From a bacterium (lineage in GTDB: Bacteria; Patescibacteriota; Minisyncoccia; Phycocordibacterales; GWA1-40-21): a stretch of 55,486 bases of DNA. The notes under the pieces are model-generated. The model worked only from the letters and a program-made list of their open reading frames with translations, was not told the origin of the DNA and ran no database searches. Below, in pieces: positions 17,046 to 25,024 of the stretch (positions are counted from its first letter, which is position 1; the number at the start of each line of letters is the position of its first letter). A program made the position numbers and the translations under genes. The stretch is from contig JBFZBC010000013.1 of the NCBI GenBank assembly GCA_041308645.1, forward strand, positions 1-55,486. Direction: 5' to 3'.

Positions 17046-18848
17046 ATGGAGATACGAAATATAGCTATTATTGCTCACGTGGATCATGGAAAAACTACTT
17101 TAACTGATGCTATCATGCGCCAGACTGGCATGGCTGAAGAAGGAGTATCTATGGACTCAAATAAACTCGAGCTTGAGCGTGGTATTACTATATATTCTAA
17201 AAATACTTCTATTTATTATCCGCCAGAAGGTTCTGGTCACCCTGTCACAAAAATTAATATTGTGGATACTCCTGGTCATGCTGACTTTGGTTCAGAAGTG
17301 GAGCGCGTCCTCCGTTCAATCGACACTGTTCTTTTAGTAGTGGATGCTCAAGAAGGGCCCATGCCACAAACTAGATTCGTCTTAAAAAAATCATTGGAGC
17401 TTGGTTTGAAACCTATTGTTGTTATAAATAAAATCGATAAAAATGCTGCCAAACCAGAATGGGCGCATGAAGCAGTCTTAGAGCTTTTTATGGAACTGGG
17501 CGCTAACAATGAACAGTTAGACTTCCCCACTATTTATGCCATTGGTAGAAAAGGGGTGGCCATGAAAAACCCGACTGATGAACAAAAAGATCTAACTCCT
17601 CTTTTAGATTTAATTTTAGAAAAAATACCACCTGCTGATAAGAAAGAAGATGAAAAACTTCCATTAACTGCACAAATTTTTAACTTAGCTTATGACAACT
17701 TCATGGGACGCCTTGCAATTTGCCGAATCTACAAAGGAACACTGAAAAGTGGTCAGCGGATTTTTTCTAAAACCCATTCTGGTGGATCTAGACCATTTAA
17801 AATTACGAAGCTTTTTACTTTTGAAGGTTTAAAAAGAAAGGAAGTATCTGAAGCCTATGCAGGAGATATTGTTCTTTTTGCTGGTTTGGATGATGCTTAT
17901 ATTGGTGAAACAGTCTGTGAAGATGAAAATCAGGAACCGCTACCATCAATCAATATTGATGAACCTACAATCTCCCTTAATTTCTTGGTTAATGATTCGC
18001 CTTTTGCGGGACGAGAAGGAAAATTTGTTACTGGCCGCCAGATTCGTGAACGTTTAGAAAAAGAACTAGAGATGAACGTGGGCTTAAAAATTGAGTTTAC
18101 CTCTGACACAATGAAGGTTTATGGCCGAGGCGAATTACATGTAGCAATACTGATTGAAAATATGCGCCGTGAGGGTTTTGAACTTCAAGTTTCCCAGCCT
18201 CAAGCTATTATCAAAGATATTGACGGCGTTAAATCCGAACCTTATGAAGAAGTAACGATTGACGTACCAGAAGAATCTGCCGGAATAGTTATTGAAAAAC
18301 TTGGTAAGAGACGCGGGATAATGAATGATATGAAAACAAAAGATGGTCAAACAAAAATGGTATTTGAAGTACCGACCAGAGGACTTTTGGGTTTCAAGGG
18401 ACAGTTTATTGTTGATACAAGAGGTAATGGAATATTATGTAGCCGTTTTGTTGGATTCAAACCTTTTGCTGGTGATATTTATAGACAGGATTTTGGTTCC
18501 ATGGTCTCAATGATAACCGGAAAGGCAGTCGCCTTTGCTTTATGGAACTTACAGGAACGTGGAATTCTTTATATTGAACCTGGTATAGAATTATATGAGG
18601 GTATGATAATTGGTAGTGTTACTAAAGGCGAGGATATGGACGTGAATCCGATCAAAGGGAAAAACCTTACAAATATTCGTAAAACTTCATCCGATGAATC
18701 TATTTACCTTACTCCTTCATTACCTATTGATATAGAAAAAGGTCTTGAGATTATGGGAGAGGAAGACTACCTAGAAATTACTCCTAAATCAACACGTTTA
18801 AGAAAAAAATATTTAACTAAAATAGAAAGAGCTAGAGCAGTGAGATAA
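17046..18848 (+). CDS. typA: Translational GTPase TypA/BipA
   Basis: IRNIAIIAHVDHGKTTLTD (G1), DTPGHADF (G3), NKID (G4). 600 aa with an EF-G-like domain order. Confidence 0.95.
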   Translation: MEIRNIAIIAHVDHGKTTLTDAIMRQTGMAEEGVSMDSNKLELERGITIYSKNTSIYYPPEGSGHPVTKINIVDTPGHADFGSEVERVLRSIDTVLLVVDAQEGPMPQTRFVLKKSLELGLKPIVVINKIDKNAAKPEWAHEAVLELFMELGANNEQLDFPTIYAIGRKGVAMKNPTDEQKDLTPLLDLILEKIPPADKKEDEKLPLTAQIFNLAYDNFMGRLAICRIYKGTLKSGQRIFSKTHSGGSRPFKITKLFTFEGLKRKEVSEAYAGDIVLFAGLDDAYIGETVCEDENQEPLPSINIDEPTISLNFLVNDSPFAGREGKFVTGRQIRERLEKELEMNVGLKIEFTSDTMKVYGRGELHVAILIENMRREGFELQVSQPQAIIKDIDGVKSEPYEEVTIDVPEESAGIVIEKLGKRRGIMNDMKTKDGQTKMVFEVPTRGLLGFKGQFIVDTRGNGILCSRFVGFKPFAGDIYRQDFGSMVSMITGKAVAFALWNLQERGILYIEPGIELYEGMIIGSVTKGEDMDVNPIKGKNLTNIRKTSSDESIYLTPSLPIDIEKGLEIMGEEDYLEITPKSTRLRKKYLTKIERARAVR

Positions 18849-18924
18849 AAATTTAAATAAAAAAAAGTGGAGTTGAACCTAATGATATTATCAATAGATT
18901 CAACCCCACTTCAACTCCTTTTCC

Positions 18925-19485
18925 TTATGCTTTTGATACAAAAGGAAGTACCATAGCTGATGGTACAGGTGCATCAAAAACTAACTTCGTAAGATGCAGG
19001 AGTGGTTTATGTCCACCGAAACGGTCAATTTCATAAACTGGAATTAATTCTCCAGTTTGAGAACTGACAGCTGAGGCTAAACATGCCACTGACATTGACG
19101 ATTTTGGAAAAAGACCTGACGAATACCTAATCGAATCAGTTTGGCTAAACAATTTCCAAATCTGCTCTCGATCTGCGGCCTCAAGTGAACTCACAGTCTC
19201 GTGGTGAGTTGCGGGTGAAAACCCGAAATTATCCGCTTCAATAAGAGCTTGCTCTAGGGACATTTTCTTGTCCCTAGGATGAATGAAACAAAGTGATATT
19301 ACACCTCTTTTAATTGAGAACTGACGACTAATCCTCAGAATGACCTTACCGTCATGATTCTCATCATCAGAAGTATGAACATTGACTAAAATATCTTTTT
19401 TGGTGTAGTCTACCCTTGCTTTAAATGAGTTCACCGACACAAAGACATTACTGAAACCAACCTGACAAATTCTTTCTTTAGACAT
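18925..19485 (-). CDS. Hypothetical protein (186 aa from the SD-led ATG)
   Basis: GAGGAG SD lies 7 nt before ATG 19485 (MSKERICQVGF...). The track ORF extends to 19581. GC is visibly above the local background. No recognisable motifs. Confidence 0.6.
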   Translation of the reverse strand: MSKERICQVGFSNVFVSVNSFKARVDYTKKDILVNVHTSDDENHDGKVILRISRQFSIKRGVISLCFIHPRDKKMSLEQALIEADNFGFSPATHHETVSSLEAADREQIWKLFSQTDSIRYSSGLFPKSSMSVACLASAVSSQTGELIPVYEIDRFGGHKPLLHLTKLVFDAPVPSAMVLPFVSKA

Positions 19486-19641
19486 AATTCCTACTCCTCT
19501 TTTATGTATCGCATCAACCACTATAGTTAATACAATAAATTTAAAGAACAAACTACAGACTAGTCTACCACAGATATACAAAAAGGCAAATCTTTCGATC
19601 TACCTTTTTGTTTCATTTTAATTAAATAAGATGAGGCTTAT

Positions 19642-19944
19642 TTAGTATCTTGAACCACCACCTCGGTTATCAAAGTTTCTTCTTGGGGGTCTTTCTGAAA
19701 GAGGTTTTGCCTCATTTACAGTAAGCTTTCTTCCATCCACTTCGGCACCATTCATTGATTCGATAGCCTTCATTGCCTCGTCATCATTGGTCATAGTAAC
19801 AAATCCGAAACCACGAGATCGGCCAGTCATCTTATCAATGATAACATTAGCAGATTCCACAGTTCCCATAGCGGAGAAAGTATCCTTCAAACTTGCATCA
19901 GTTGCATTGTAAGAAAGATTACCAACATATAATTTCTTTGCCAT
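19642..19944 (-). CDS. RRM-type RNA-binding protein
   Basis: RNP-2 is KLYVGNL and RNP-1 is RGFGFVTM. The C-terminal tail is Gly/Arg-rich. 100 aa. Confidence 0.92.
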   Translation of the reverse strand: MAKKLYVGNLSYNATDASLKDTFSAMGTVESANVIIDKMTGRSRGFGFVTMTNDDEAMKAIESMNGAEVDGRKLTVNEAKPLSERPPRRNFDNRGGGSRY

Positions 19945-20127
19945 TTTGCTTGCCCGTTCAAGTTTTTCTTTTTAAAAAAATTTGTTCGGGTTAATTATTC
20001 TAGTAATAATTTATCGATAGAGCGACCCCTGCACCGGCTAAGAAATTAACTTTTGATTAACTTGACCTTAAACCCGCGAGACATCTTCGACGAAATCAGG
20101 ATAGCATAAATAATTCCCATTCGCAAT

Positions 20128-20155
20128 ATAATAAAAATAGCCCGGTTAAGGGCTA
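20128..20155 (-). terminator. Intrinsic terminator after 20170..20448
   Basis: TAGCCC-ttaacc-GGGCTA on the minus strand, followed by TTTTTAT. Confidence 0.6.
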
Positions 20156-20169
20156 GATTTAGTTATTAT

Positions 20170-20448
20170 TTAGAGCATCTGTTGTATTTCCCACAGTCGT
20201 CTTTTATATTTTTCCACGAATACAGAACTGTTGGTTTCTTCTACTTTTTTTAATTCTCTTTCAAATTTTTCTTTAAAAAAAAGGGCTTGTTTTTTATATT
20301 TTGGCAATTCATCATTACTAGTATGCAAGGATGAAGCAGAAAACTCCACGTCCTCCCAATTACTCACCGCGTTCTCTAATTCTTTAAAAAGATTATCAAT
20401 TTCAATTTCGATCATTAATTCCGTATCTTGCTTAATTCCTTTCTCCAT
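20170..20448 (-). CDS. Small helical hypothetical protein (92 aa)
   Basis: Start set at MEKGIKQ (ATG 20448). The 39-codon N-terminal extension in the track ORF runs through a strong terminator at 20498-20538. Confidence 0.55.
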   Translation of the reverse strand: MEKGIKQDTELMIEIEIDNLFKELENAVSNWEDVEFSASSLHTSNDELPKYKKQALFFKEKFERELKKVEETNSSVFVEKYKRRLWEIQQML

Positions 20449-20497
20449 ATTTTTATAATTAATTATTAATCCCGACTCACCTAATAATACAGGGTGC

Positions 20498-20538
20498 AAA
20501 AAAAAAGCAACCTTCCGGGTCAGAACCCAAAAGGTTGC
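20498..20538 (-). terminator. Intrinsic terminator of Cas2-like paralog 2
   Basis: The minus strand reads GCAACCTT-16 nt-AAGGTTGC followed by T9. Confidence 0.8.
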
Positions 20539-20590
20539 GGAAATTTGGTAGTTTTTATAACTCATAAAATAAGAAGTATTCTACTACCAC

Positions 20591-20606
20591 ATACGCCATG
20601 GCGTAT
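20591..20606. repeat. 16-bp perfect palindrome, downstream copy of cassette 2
   Basis: ATACGCCA|TGGCGTAT. It lies 27 nt beyond the stop of 20634..21017 and before the terminator. Confidence 0.95.
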
Positions 20607-20633
20607 TTAATTCATACAAATACAATAATATTT

Positions 20634-21017
20634 CTACAGATTTTTTTCTTCTTTTGAATATGGTTTGGCTAGTTTTAGAGTTCGTAACTGATCTAAAAGA
20701 CCAATAGATTTTATGTATGCAAGAAAATCTATTGGCAGTGGTGAAGGTCCGACCCAGACGCTTTTTTGAATCATAATATAGTCAAACTTTTTCAGCTGTC
20801 GGAGAAGCCATTCCCTTTCACTTCTTTTGTCATAAGGGATATCGTACATCACAATCAGATCTTTTGGTGAAGTATTTGCAAAATTAAAATCAAAGCACTT
20901 ATGGAAAGAATAACTCCGTTTTGGTGTCGATGCTAGATTTTTCTTTTTATCAGAATTAAATATAGGCAAACCAAGAGCATTAACAATCACTCCTTTATAT
21001 TTAAAATGTTTCCTCAT
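20634..21017 (-). CDS. Cas2-like / PaaX-middle-domain-like small protein (paralog 2)
   Basis: LIVMYDIPYDKRSEREWLLRQLKKFDYIMIQKSVWVGPSPLP. More than half of the positions are identical to 13555..13944 by eye, including the N-terminal KYKGV-VNA-GLPI and the C-terminal LKLAKPYSK. Confidence 0.6.
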   Translation of the reverse strand: MRKHFKYKGVIVNALGLPIFNSDKKKNLASTPKRSYSFHKCFDFNFANTSPKDLIVMYDIPYDKRSEREWLLRQLKKFDYIMIQKSVWVGPSPLPIDFLAYIKSIGLLDQLRTLKLAKPYSKEEKNL

Positions 21018-21023
21018 CTTTCG

Positions 21024-21032
21024 ATTATATCA
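21024..21032 (-). promoter_or_regulatory. Extended -10 (TGATATAAT) plus 6 nt plus ATG: leaderless promoter of paralog 2
   Basis: The minus strand reads GTGATATAAT-CGAAAG-ATG. Confidence 0.6.
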
Positions 21033-21044
21033 CTCTCCATTAAA

Positions 21045-21060
21045 ATACGCCATGGCGTAT
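21045..21060. repeat. 16-bp perfect palindrome, upstream (operator-position) copy of cassette 2
   Basis: ATACGCCA|TGGCGTAT. Its centre is 35.5 bp upstream of the ATG, the same spacing as cassette 1. Confidence 0.95.
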
Positions 21061-21115
21061 CTATAAATCAATTCATAATAAAGTGAATATTCTGATAGAC
21101 AGAGTGGCTGTGTTG

Positions 21116-21817
21116 TTAATATTTTTCTACCCTTACTCGTTTTATACTATAGGCTAAGCTGGAGATACCAAACTTTTGACCTATTTCTTCAGCGAGTTGG
21201 CGCATATAGACGCCGGAGGAGGAATGGATTTTGAATTTTATAATTAAATACTTACTTTCTTTTTTATTTAGAGCTTTTTTCCACCGAGCCAGAATTTTAG
21301 ACTGGCGGAAATCACCATTTACCAAGGCGATTCTTTTTTGAATATTTTTTAATAAGTTTTGATTAGTAATATATTTATTACTAATATATTTGAATGATTT
21401 TATCTCCCCTTCTTTTTCTTGAATCTTGGCTTTGGCCAAAGCCGGTGAAGAATATTTTGGATATGGACGGGTTTTAGTTCCGATAAAATCATTCAGACTT
21501 TTCCTGATTTCATCTACTTTTAAATCCGTTCTTTTTTGTCCAGCAACTAAACCGAGCGCGTCTCCCGTATCTGTCGCAAAACCAAATAAAACTTCCACTT
21601 CATATTCTTTATCCAAATTTAAATATTTATCTTTCTTTTTACACTCTTCTCCGACTAAAACAATTAAAACACCTGAGGCTAGTGGATCTAGGCGCCCAGC
21701 ATATGTCATCTTTTCCTTTTTATATTCAGGATTATCCACCTTGAAACGATTAATACATTCCAAAGGAGTTTCCCCCACCTTTTTATCCAAATTTATAACT
21801 GCTTGTTTCTGACTCAT
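21116..21817 (-). CDS. truB: tRNA pseudouridine(55) synthase TruB (short form, no PUA domain)
   Basis: The catalytic motif YAGRLDPLASGVLIV is present. Start set at ATG 21817 (MSQKQAV); the track ORF uses an upstream TTG. Confidence 0.8.
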   Translation of the reverse strand: MSQKQAVINLDKKVGETPLECINRFKVDNPEYKKEKMTYAGRLDPLASGVLIVLVGEECKKKDKYLNLDKEYEVEVLFGFATDTGDALGLVAGQKRTDLKVDEIRKSLNDFIGTKTRPYPKYSSPALAKAKIQEKEGEIKSFKYISNKYITNQNLLKNIQKRIALVNGDFRQSKILARWKKALNKKESKYLIIKFKIHSSSGVYMRQLAEEIGQKFGISSLAYSIKRVRVEKY

Positions 21818-21821
21818 ATTT

Positions 21822-21830
21822 TGATACAAT
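21822..21830 (+). promoter_or_regulatory. Extended -10 (TGATACAAT) plus 8 nt plus ATG for hisS
   Basis: TGATACAAT-ACTCAAAT-ATG(21839). It lies in the 21-bp gap between divergent truB and hisS. Confidence 0.45.
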
Positions 21831-21838
21831 ACTCAAAT

Positions 21839-23164
21839 ATGAAGAAAAACACAAACATCCGTCTAATTGCCGGGCAGGAATTAAGCACTGAAGCCTACAA
21901 AGGTGTTCGGGATTTTTATCCGGAAGATATGTTTACTCAAAACTACATTTTTGATGTATTTAAAAAGATTTGTGAAAGCTATGGTTATAATCAGTATGAT
22001 GCCTCAGTTTTGGAACCAGCTGACCTATACCGCGCTAAATCTGGTGAAGAAATAGTCAATGAACAAACTTATACTTTCACAGACAGAGGAGACCGAGAAG
22101 TGACTTTAAGACCAGAAATGACCCCGACCGTAGCTCGTATGGTAGCGGCTAGAAAACAAGAACTTTCCTTCCCCCTCCGCTGGTATTCCATTCCTAATCT
22201 TTTTAGATATGAAAAACCTCAAAAAGGTCGCTTAAGAGAGCATTGGCAATTAAATGTAGATTTGTTTGGTGTTAGTGACACTTCAGCGGAAGTAGAAGTT
22301 ATTTCTCTAGCTTATTCTATTATGAAAGAATTGGGATTAAAAGATGCTGACTTCCAGATCCGACTGAATAGCAGAAAAATAATGAATTATGTCTTAAACG
22401 ATTTAATGTCTTTAGATGAAGTAACTGCTAAAAAAATTTGTAAGTTGATTGATAAAAAAAATAAACTTTCCTCAAAAGATTTTGATAATGGTATCAAAGA
22501 ATTACTATCTGAAAAAAGTGCTGAATTCTTAACTTTAATAAATTCACAAAATTTTGAAGAATTTATCTCAAGACTACCTAAAAGTTTGGAAGTATCTGAA
22601 AAAATTGAGGAAATAAGAAACGTAATGGCGAGCCTTGAAAAACTTGGTATTACTAACACCGTCTTTGATCAAACTTTAATGCGTGGTTTTGATTACTACA
22701 CCGGTATTGTTTTTGAAGTGTATGACAACAATCCAGACAATCATCGTTCCGTTTTTGGAGGAGGCCGTTATGATGACCTGCTTTCAATCTTTGGAGATGA
22801 AAAAATCCCAGCGTTTGGTTTTGGCGCAGGTGACGTAATAATCAAAGATATTTTAGAAACATACAAACTGATGCCTATGTATAAACCAAAAACAAATCTT
22901 TATATTTGCACCTTAGGAAAAGAATATCAGGAGTATTCCAATGAAATAGCCCAAAAATTACGAGATGATGGACTAAATGTTTCAATAAATCTAACTGATA
23001 AAAAAATTGGAGACCAGATAAAATCTGCCGATAAACAAAAGATCCCTTATATAATATGTATTGGTGAGGATGAAGTTAAAAAGGGAGAATTTAAATTAAA
23101 AAATCTTAAAACTGGTGAGGAAAAAGTGGTCACTGAAGTAAGTTTGTCTAAAAATATAAAATAA
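21839..23164 (+). CDS. hisS: Histidine--tRNA ligase
   Basis: Class II aaRS motifs: KGVRDFYPED, TLRPEMTPTVARM, FRYEKPQKGRLREHWQLNVD, GGGRYDDL. A C-terminal anticodon-binding domain is present. Start at ATG 21839 (MKKNTNI). Confidence 0.95.
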   Translation: MKKNTNIRLIAGQELSTEAYKGVRDFYPEDMFTQNYIFDVFKKICESYGYNQYDASVLEPADLYRAKSGEEIVNEQTYTFTDRGDREVTLRPEMTPTVARMVAARKQELSFPLRWYSIPNLFRYEKPQKGRLREHWQLNVDLFGVSDTSAEVEVISLAYSIMKELGLKDADFQIRLNSRKIMNYVLNDLMSLDEVTAKKICKLIDKKNKLSSKDFDNGIKELLSEKSAEFLTLINSQNFEEFISRLPKSLEVSEKIEEIRNVMASLEKLGITNTVFDQTLMRGFDYYTGIVFEVYDNNPDNHRSVFGGGRYDDLLSIFGDEKIPAFGFGAGDVIIKDILETYKLMPMYKPKTNLYICTLGKEYQEYSNEIAQKLRDDGLNVSINLTDKKIGDQIKSADKQKIPYIICIGEDEVKKGEFKLKNLKTGEEKVVTEVSLSKNIK

Positions 23165-23168
23165 AAAA

Positions 23169-23552
23169 ATGCCCATTGATCACGTAAAACTCTGGAAAAG
23201 AAAAAAGTATATTGACCTTTGGTCTGTTCCCCATATTTTAACCGGTACCATCTTGGCAAGCTTCTTTTACTGGCTACAATTTGATTTTTTGTTAAATATA
23301 CTTATTTCCACAATCCTTATTATTTCTTGGGAATTTATTGAATATTTTATAATCCTGGACGTCAAAGAAAAATTATCTAATAGTATCTCAGACATACTCG
23401 CAGGCTGGCTTGGATTTTCTATAATGTACTTTTTTATACTGAAATTTTCATTTGATTTAATTTATCCATATTTTATAACAATAATAATTATCAATATATT
23501 CTTAGCGATTTGGGGCTTTTTAGCATATGAAGAAAGAATAAATAAAGTTTAA
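23169..23552 (+). CDS. Small polytopic membrane protein (hypothetical)
   Basis: 127 aa with 4 hydrophobic segments. Tightly packed between hisS and the exonuclease gene. Confidence 0.6.
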   Translation: MPIDHVKLWKRKKYIDLWSVPHILTGTILASFFYWLQFDFLLNILISTILIISWEFIEYFIILDVKEKLSNSISDILAGWLGFSIMYFFILKFSFDLIYPYFITIIIINIFLAIWGFLAYEERINKV

Positions 23553-23554
23553 AT

Positions 23555-24130
23555 ATGAGAAAAATTATTTTTGATTGTGAAACATCAAATATTTTTACTG
23601 AGGTTGGTAGTTCAAATGCCGTTGATTTAGATTTGTCGGTGGTTTGTATTTACGATAGCGAAACCGACAAATATAATTCCTACTTTAAAGAAGAGTTGAA
23701 AGATCTCTGGCCTATTTTGGAAAAAGCGGATTTACTTATCGGTTTTAACTCTGACCATTTTGATATTCCCTTATTAAACAAATACTACTCTGGTGATCTA
23801 ACAAAAATGAAAAGTCTGGACTTATTAAAAGAAATTAAAAATTCTCTTGGTCGTCGAATAAAATTGGATACTATAGCCGAAGCGACTCTTGGTAAAAACA
23901 AAAGTGGTCATGGTTTGGAGGCAGTTACTTGGTGGAAGCAAGGTAAATATGATGAAGTGAAAAAATACTGTCTAGATGATGTAAAAATCACTAAAGAGAT
24001 TTACGAATATGCTTTGAAAAATGGACTACTAAAATATAAGGATATGGGTGTGATAAAAGATATCAAAATTGATACATCTAAATGGAACGATAAGGGTGAT
24101 TCCGCTATTACTCACACTTTGTTTGGATAA
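23555..24130 (+). CDS. DEDD-family 3'-5' exonuclease (RNase H-like fold)
   Basis: Exo I is IFDCET. Exo II is GFNSDHFDIPLL. Exo III-like is YCLDDVKITKEIYEY. Confidence 0.7.
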   Translation: MRKIIFDCETSNIFTEVGSSNAVDLDLSVVCIYDSETDKYNSYFKEELKDLWPILEKADLLIGFNSDHFDIPLLNKYYSGDLTKMKSLDLLKEIKNSLGRRIKLDTIAEATLGKNKSGHGLEAVTWWKQGKYDEVKKYCLDDVKITKEIYEYALKNGLLKYKDMGVIKDIKIDTSKWNDKGDSAITHTLFG

Positions 24131-24133
24131 AAT

Positions 24134-24166
24134 CCTTCCTCCCTAGGACGGACCTAGGGAGAGAGG
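24134..24166. terminator. GC-rich hairpin exactly filling the gap between convergent genes
   Basis: CCTTCCTCCCTAGG-acgga-CCTAGGGAGAGAGG: 14-bp arms with 2 mismatches and no clear U-tract. Confidence 0.4.
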
Positions 24167-25024
24167 TTACAACCAGATTAAAATAATCACAGCTAGAATA
24201 ATTCTATAAACTCCAAAATAATTTAGGGAGTGATTTTTGAGGAATTTGATGAGAAAATGGATGGCGAAAAGACCAGAAATAAAAGCAAAAATACTTGCGA
24301 TAATTAATGATGACTCTACTTCGGCCAGTGTACCAGTTTGATACAGATCAAAAAGTTTTTTTAAACCGGAACCAAAGATAATCGGCATTGATAATAAAAA
24401 TGAAAATCTGGCCGCTAATCCCCTATTTAAACCTAAAAACAAACCGCCAGAAATAGTAGAACCAGAACGAGAAAAACCAGGAATTAAAGCGAGGCACTGA
24501 AACAAGCCGACAACAAATCCCAGTGTAAGAGGAGAAGGTGCACTAGATACTTCCAAAGAGATTTGGGAGTGCAAAATGTGATCCTTCTTATTAAATTTCT
24601 CAGCAAAGTAAAATAGAATTGCTCCAAGAATTAGAGTAATAGCGACCACGTGATTTCCCCTAAATATAGTGTCCATGTATTTCTGTAAAAATAGACCTAG
24701 GACTATTGCAGGAATTGTACCAATTACCAAAGCCAAAAATAAATTATTTGAATCCTTCTCCTGTTGAGTCATCTCTATATTTTTGAACCTAAAACCTAAA
24801 AACCAAAACCTGAAACCTTTTATAATATTCCAAATATCCTTCCAAAAATAAATAAGGGCAGCAAAGGCGGTCGCTAATTGTAATATAGCATCAAAAGTAA
24901 TTGTTCCTATAATTGGCAAACCTAGAAGTTCTCTAGCGACAATCAAGTGACCGGTCGAAGACACCGGAATAAACTCCGTCATGCCCTGTATCAAACCTAA
25001 AATTGCAGACTTGAAAAAATTCAT
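24167..25024 (-). CDS. uppP: Undecaprenyl-diphosphate phosphatase
   Basis: GLIQGMTEFIPVSSTGHL and PGFSRSGSTISGG motifs. 8 TM. Confidence 0.95.
   Translation of the reverse strand: MNFFKSAILGLIQGMTEFIPVSSTGHLIVARELLGLPIIGTITFDAILQLATAFAALIYFWKDIWNIIKGFRFWFLGFRFKNIEMTQQEKDSNNLFLALVIGTIPAIVLGLFLQKYMDTIFRGNHVVAITLILGAILFYFAEKFNKKDHILHSQISLEVSSAPSPLTLGFVVGLFQCLALIPGFSRSGSTISGGLFLGLNRGLAARFSFLLSMPIIFGSGLKKLFDLYQTGTLAEVESSLIIASIFAFISGLFAIHFLIKFLKNHSLNYFGVYRIILAVIILIWL

Noticed and set aside
20449-20565. The N-terminal 39 codons of track ORF 20170..20565.
   Set aside because: This stretch runs across a strong stem-loop plus T9 terminator (20498-20538) belonging to the upstream gene. An internal ATG at 20448 gives a compact 92-aa protein.
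13555-21017. A bona fide CRISPR-Cas locus around the Cas2-like genes.
   Set aside because: There is no cas1, no effector genes and no repeat-spacer array anywhere in the 55 kb. Both genes are monocistronic with their own promoter and terminator.
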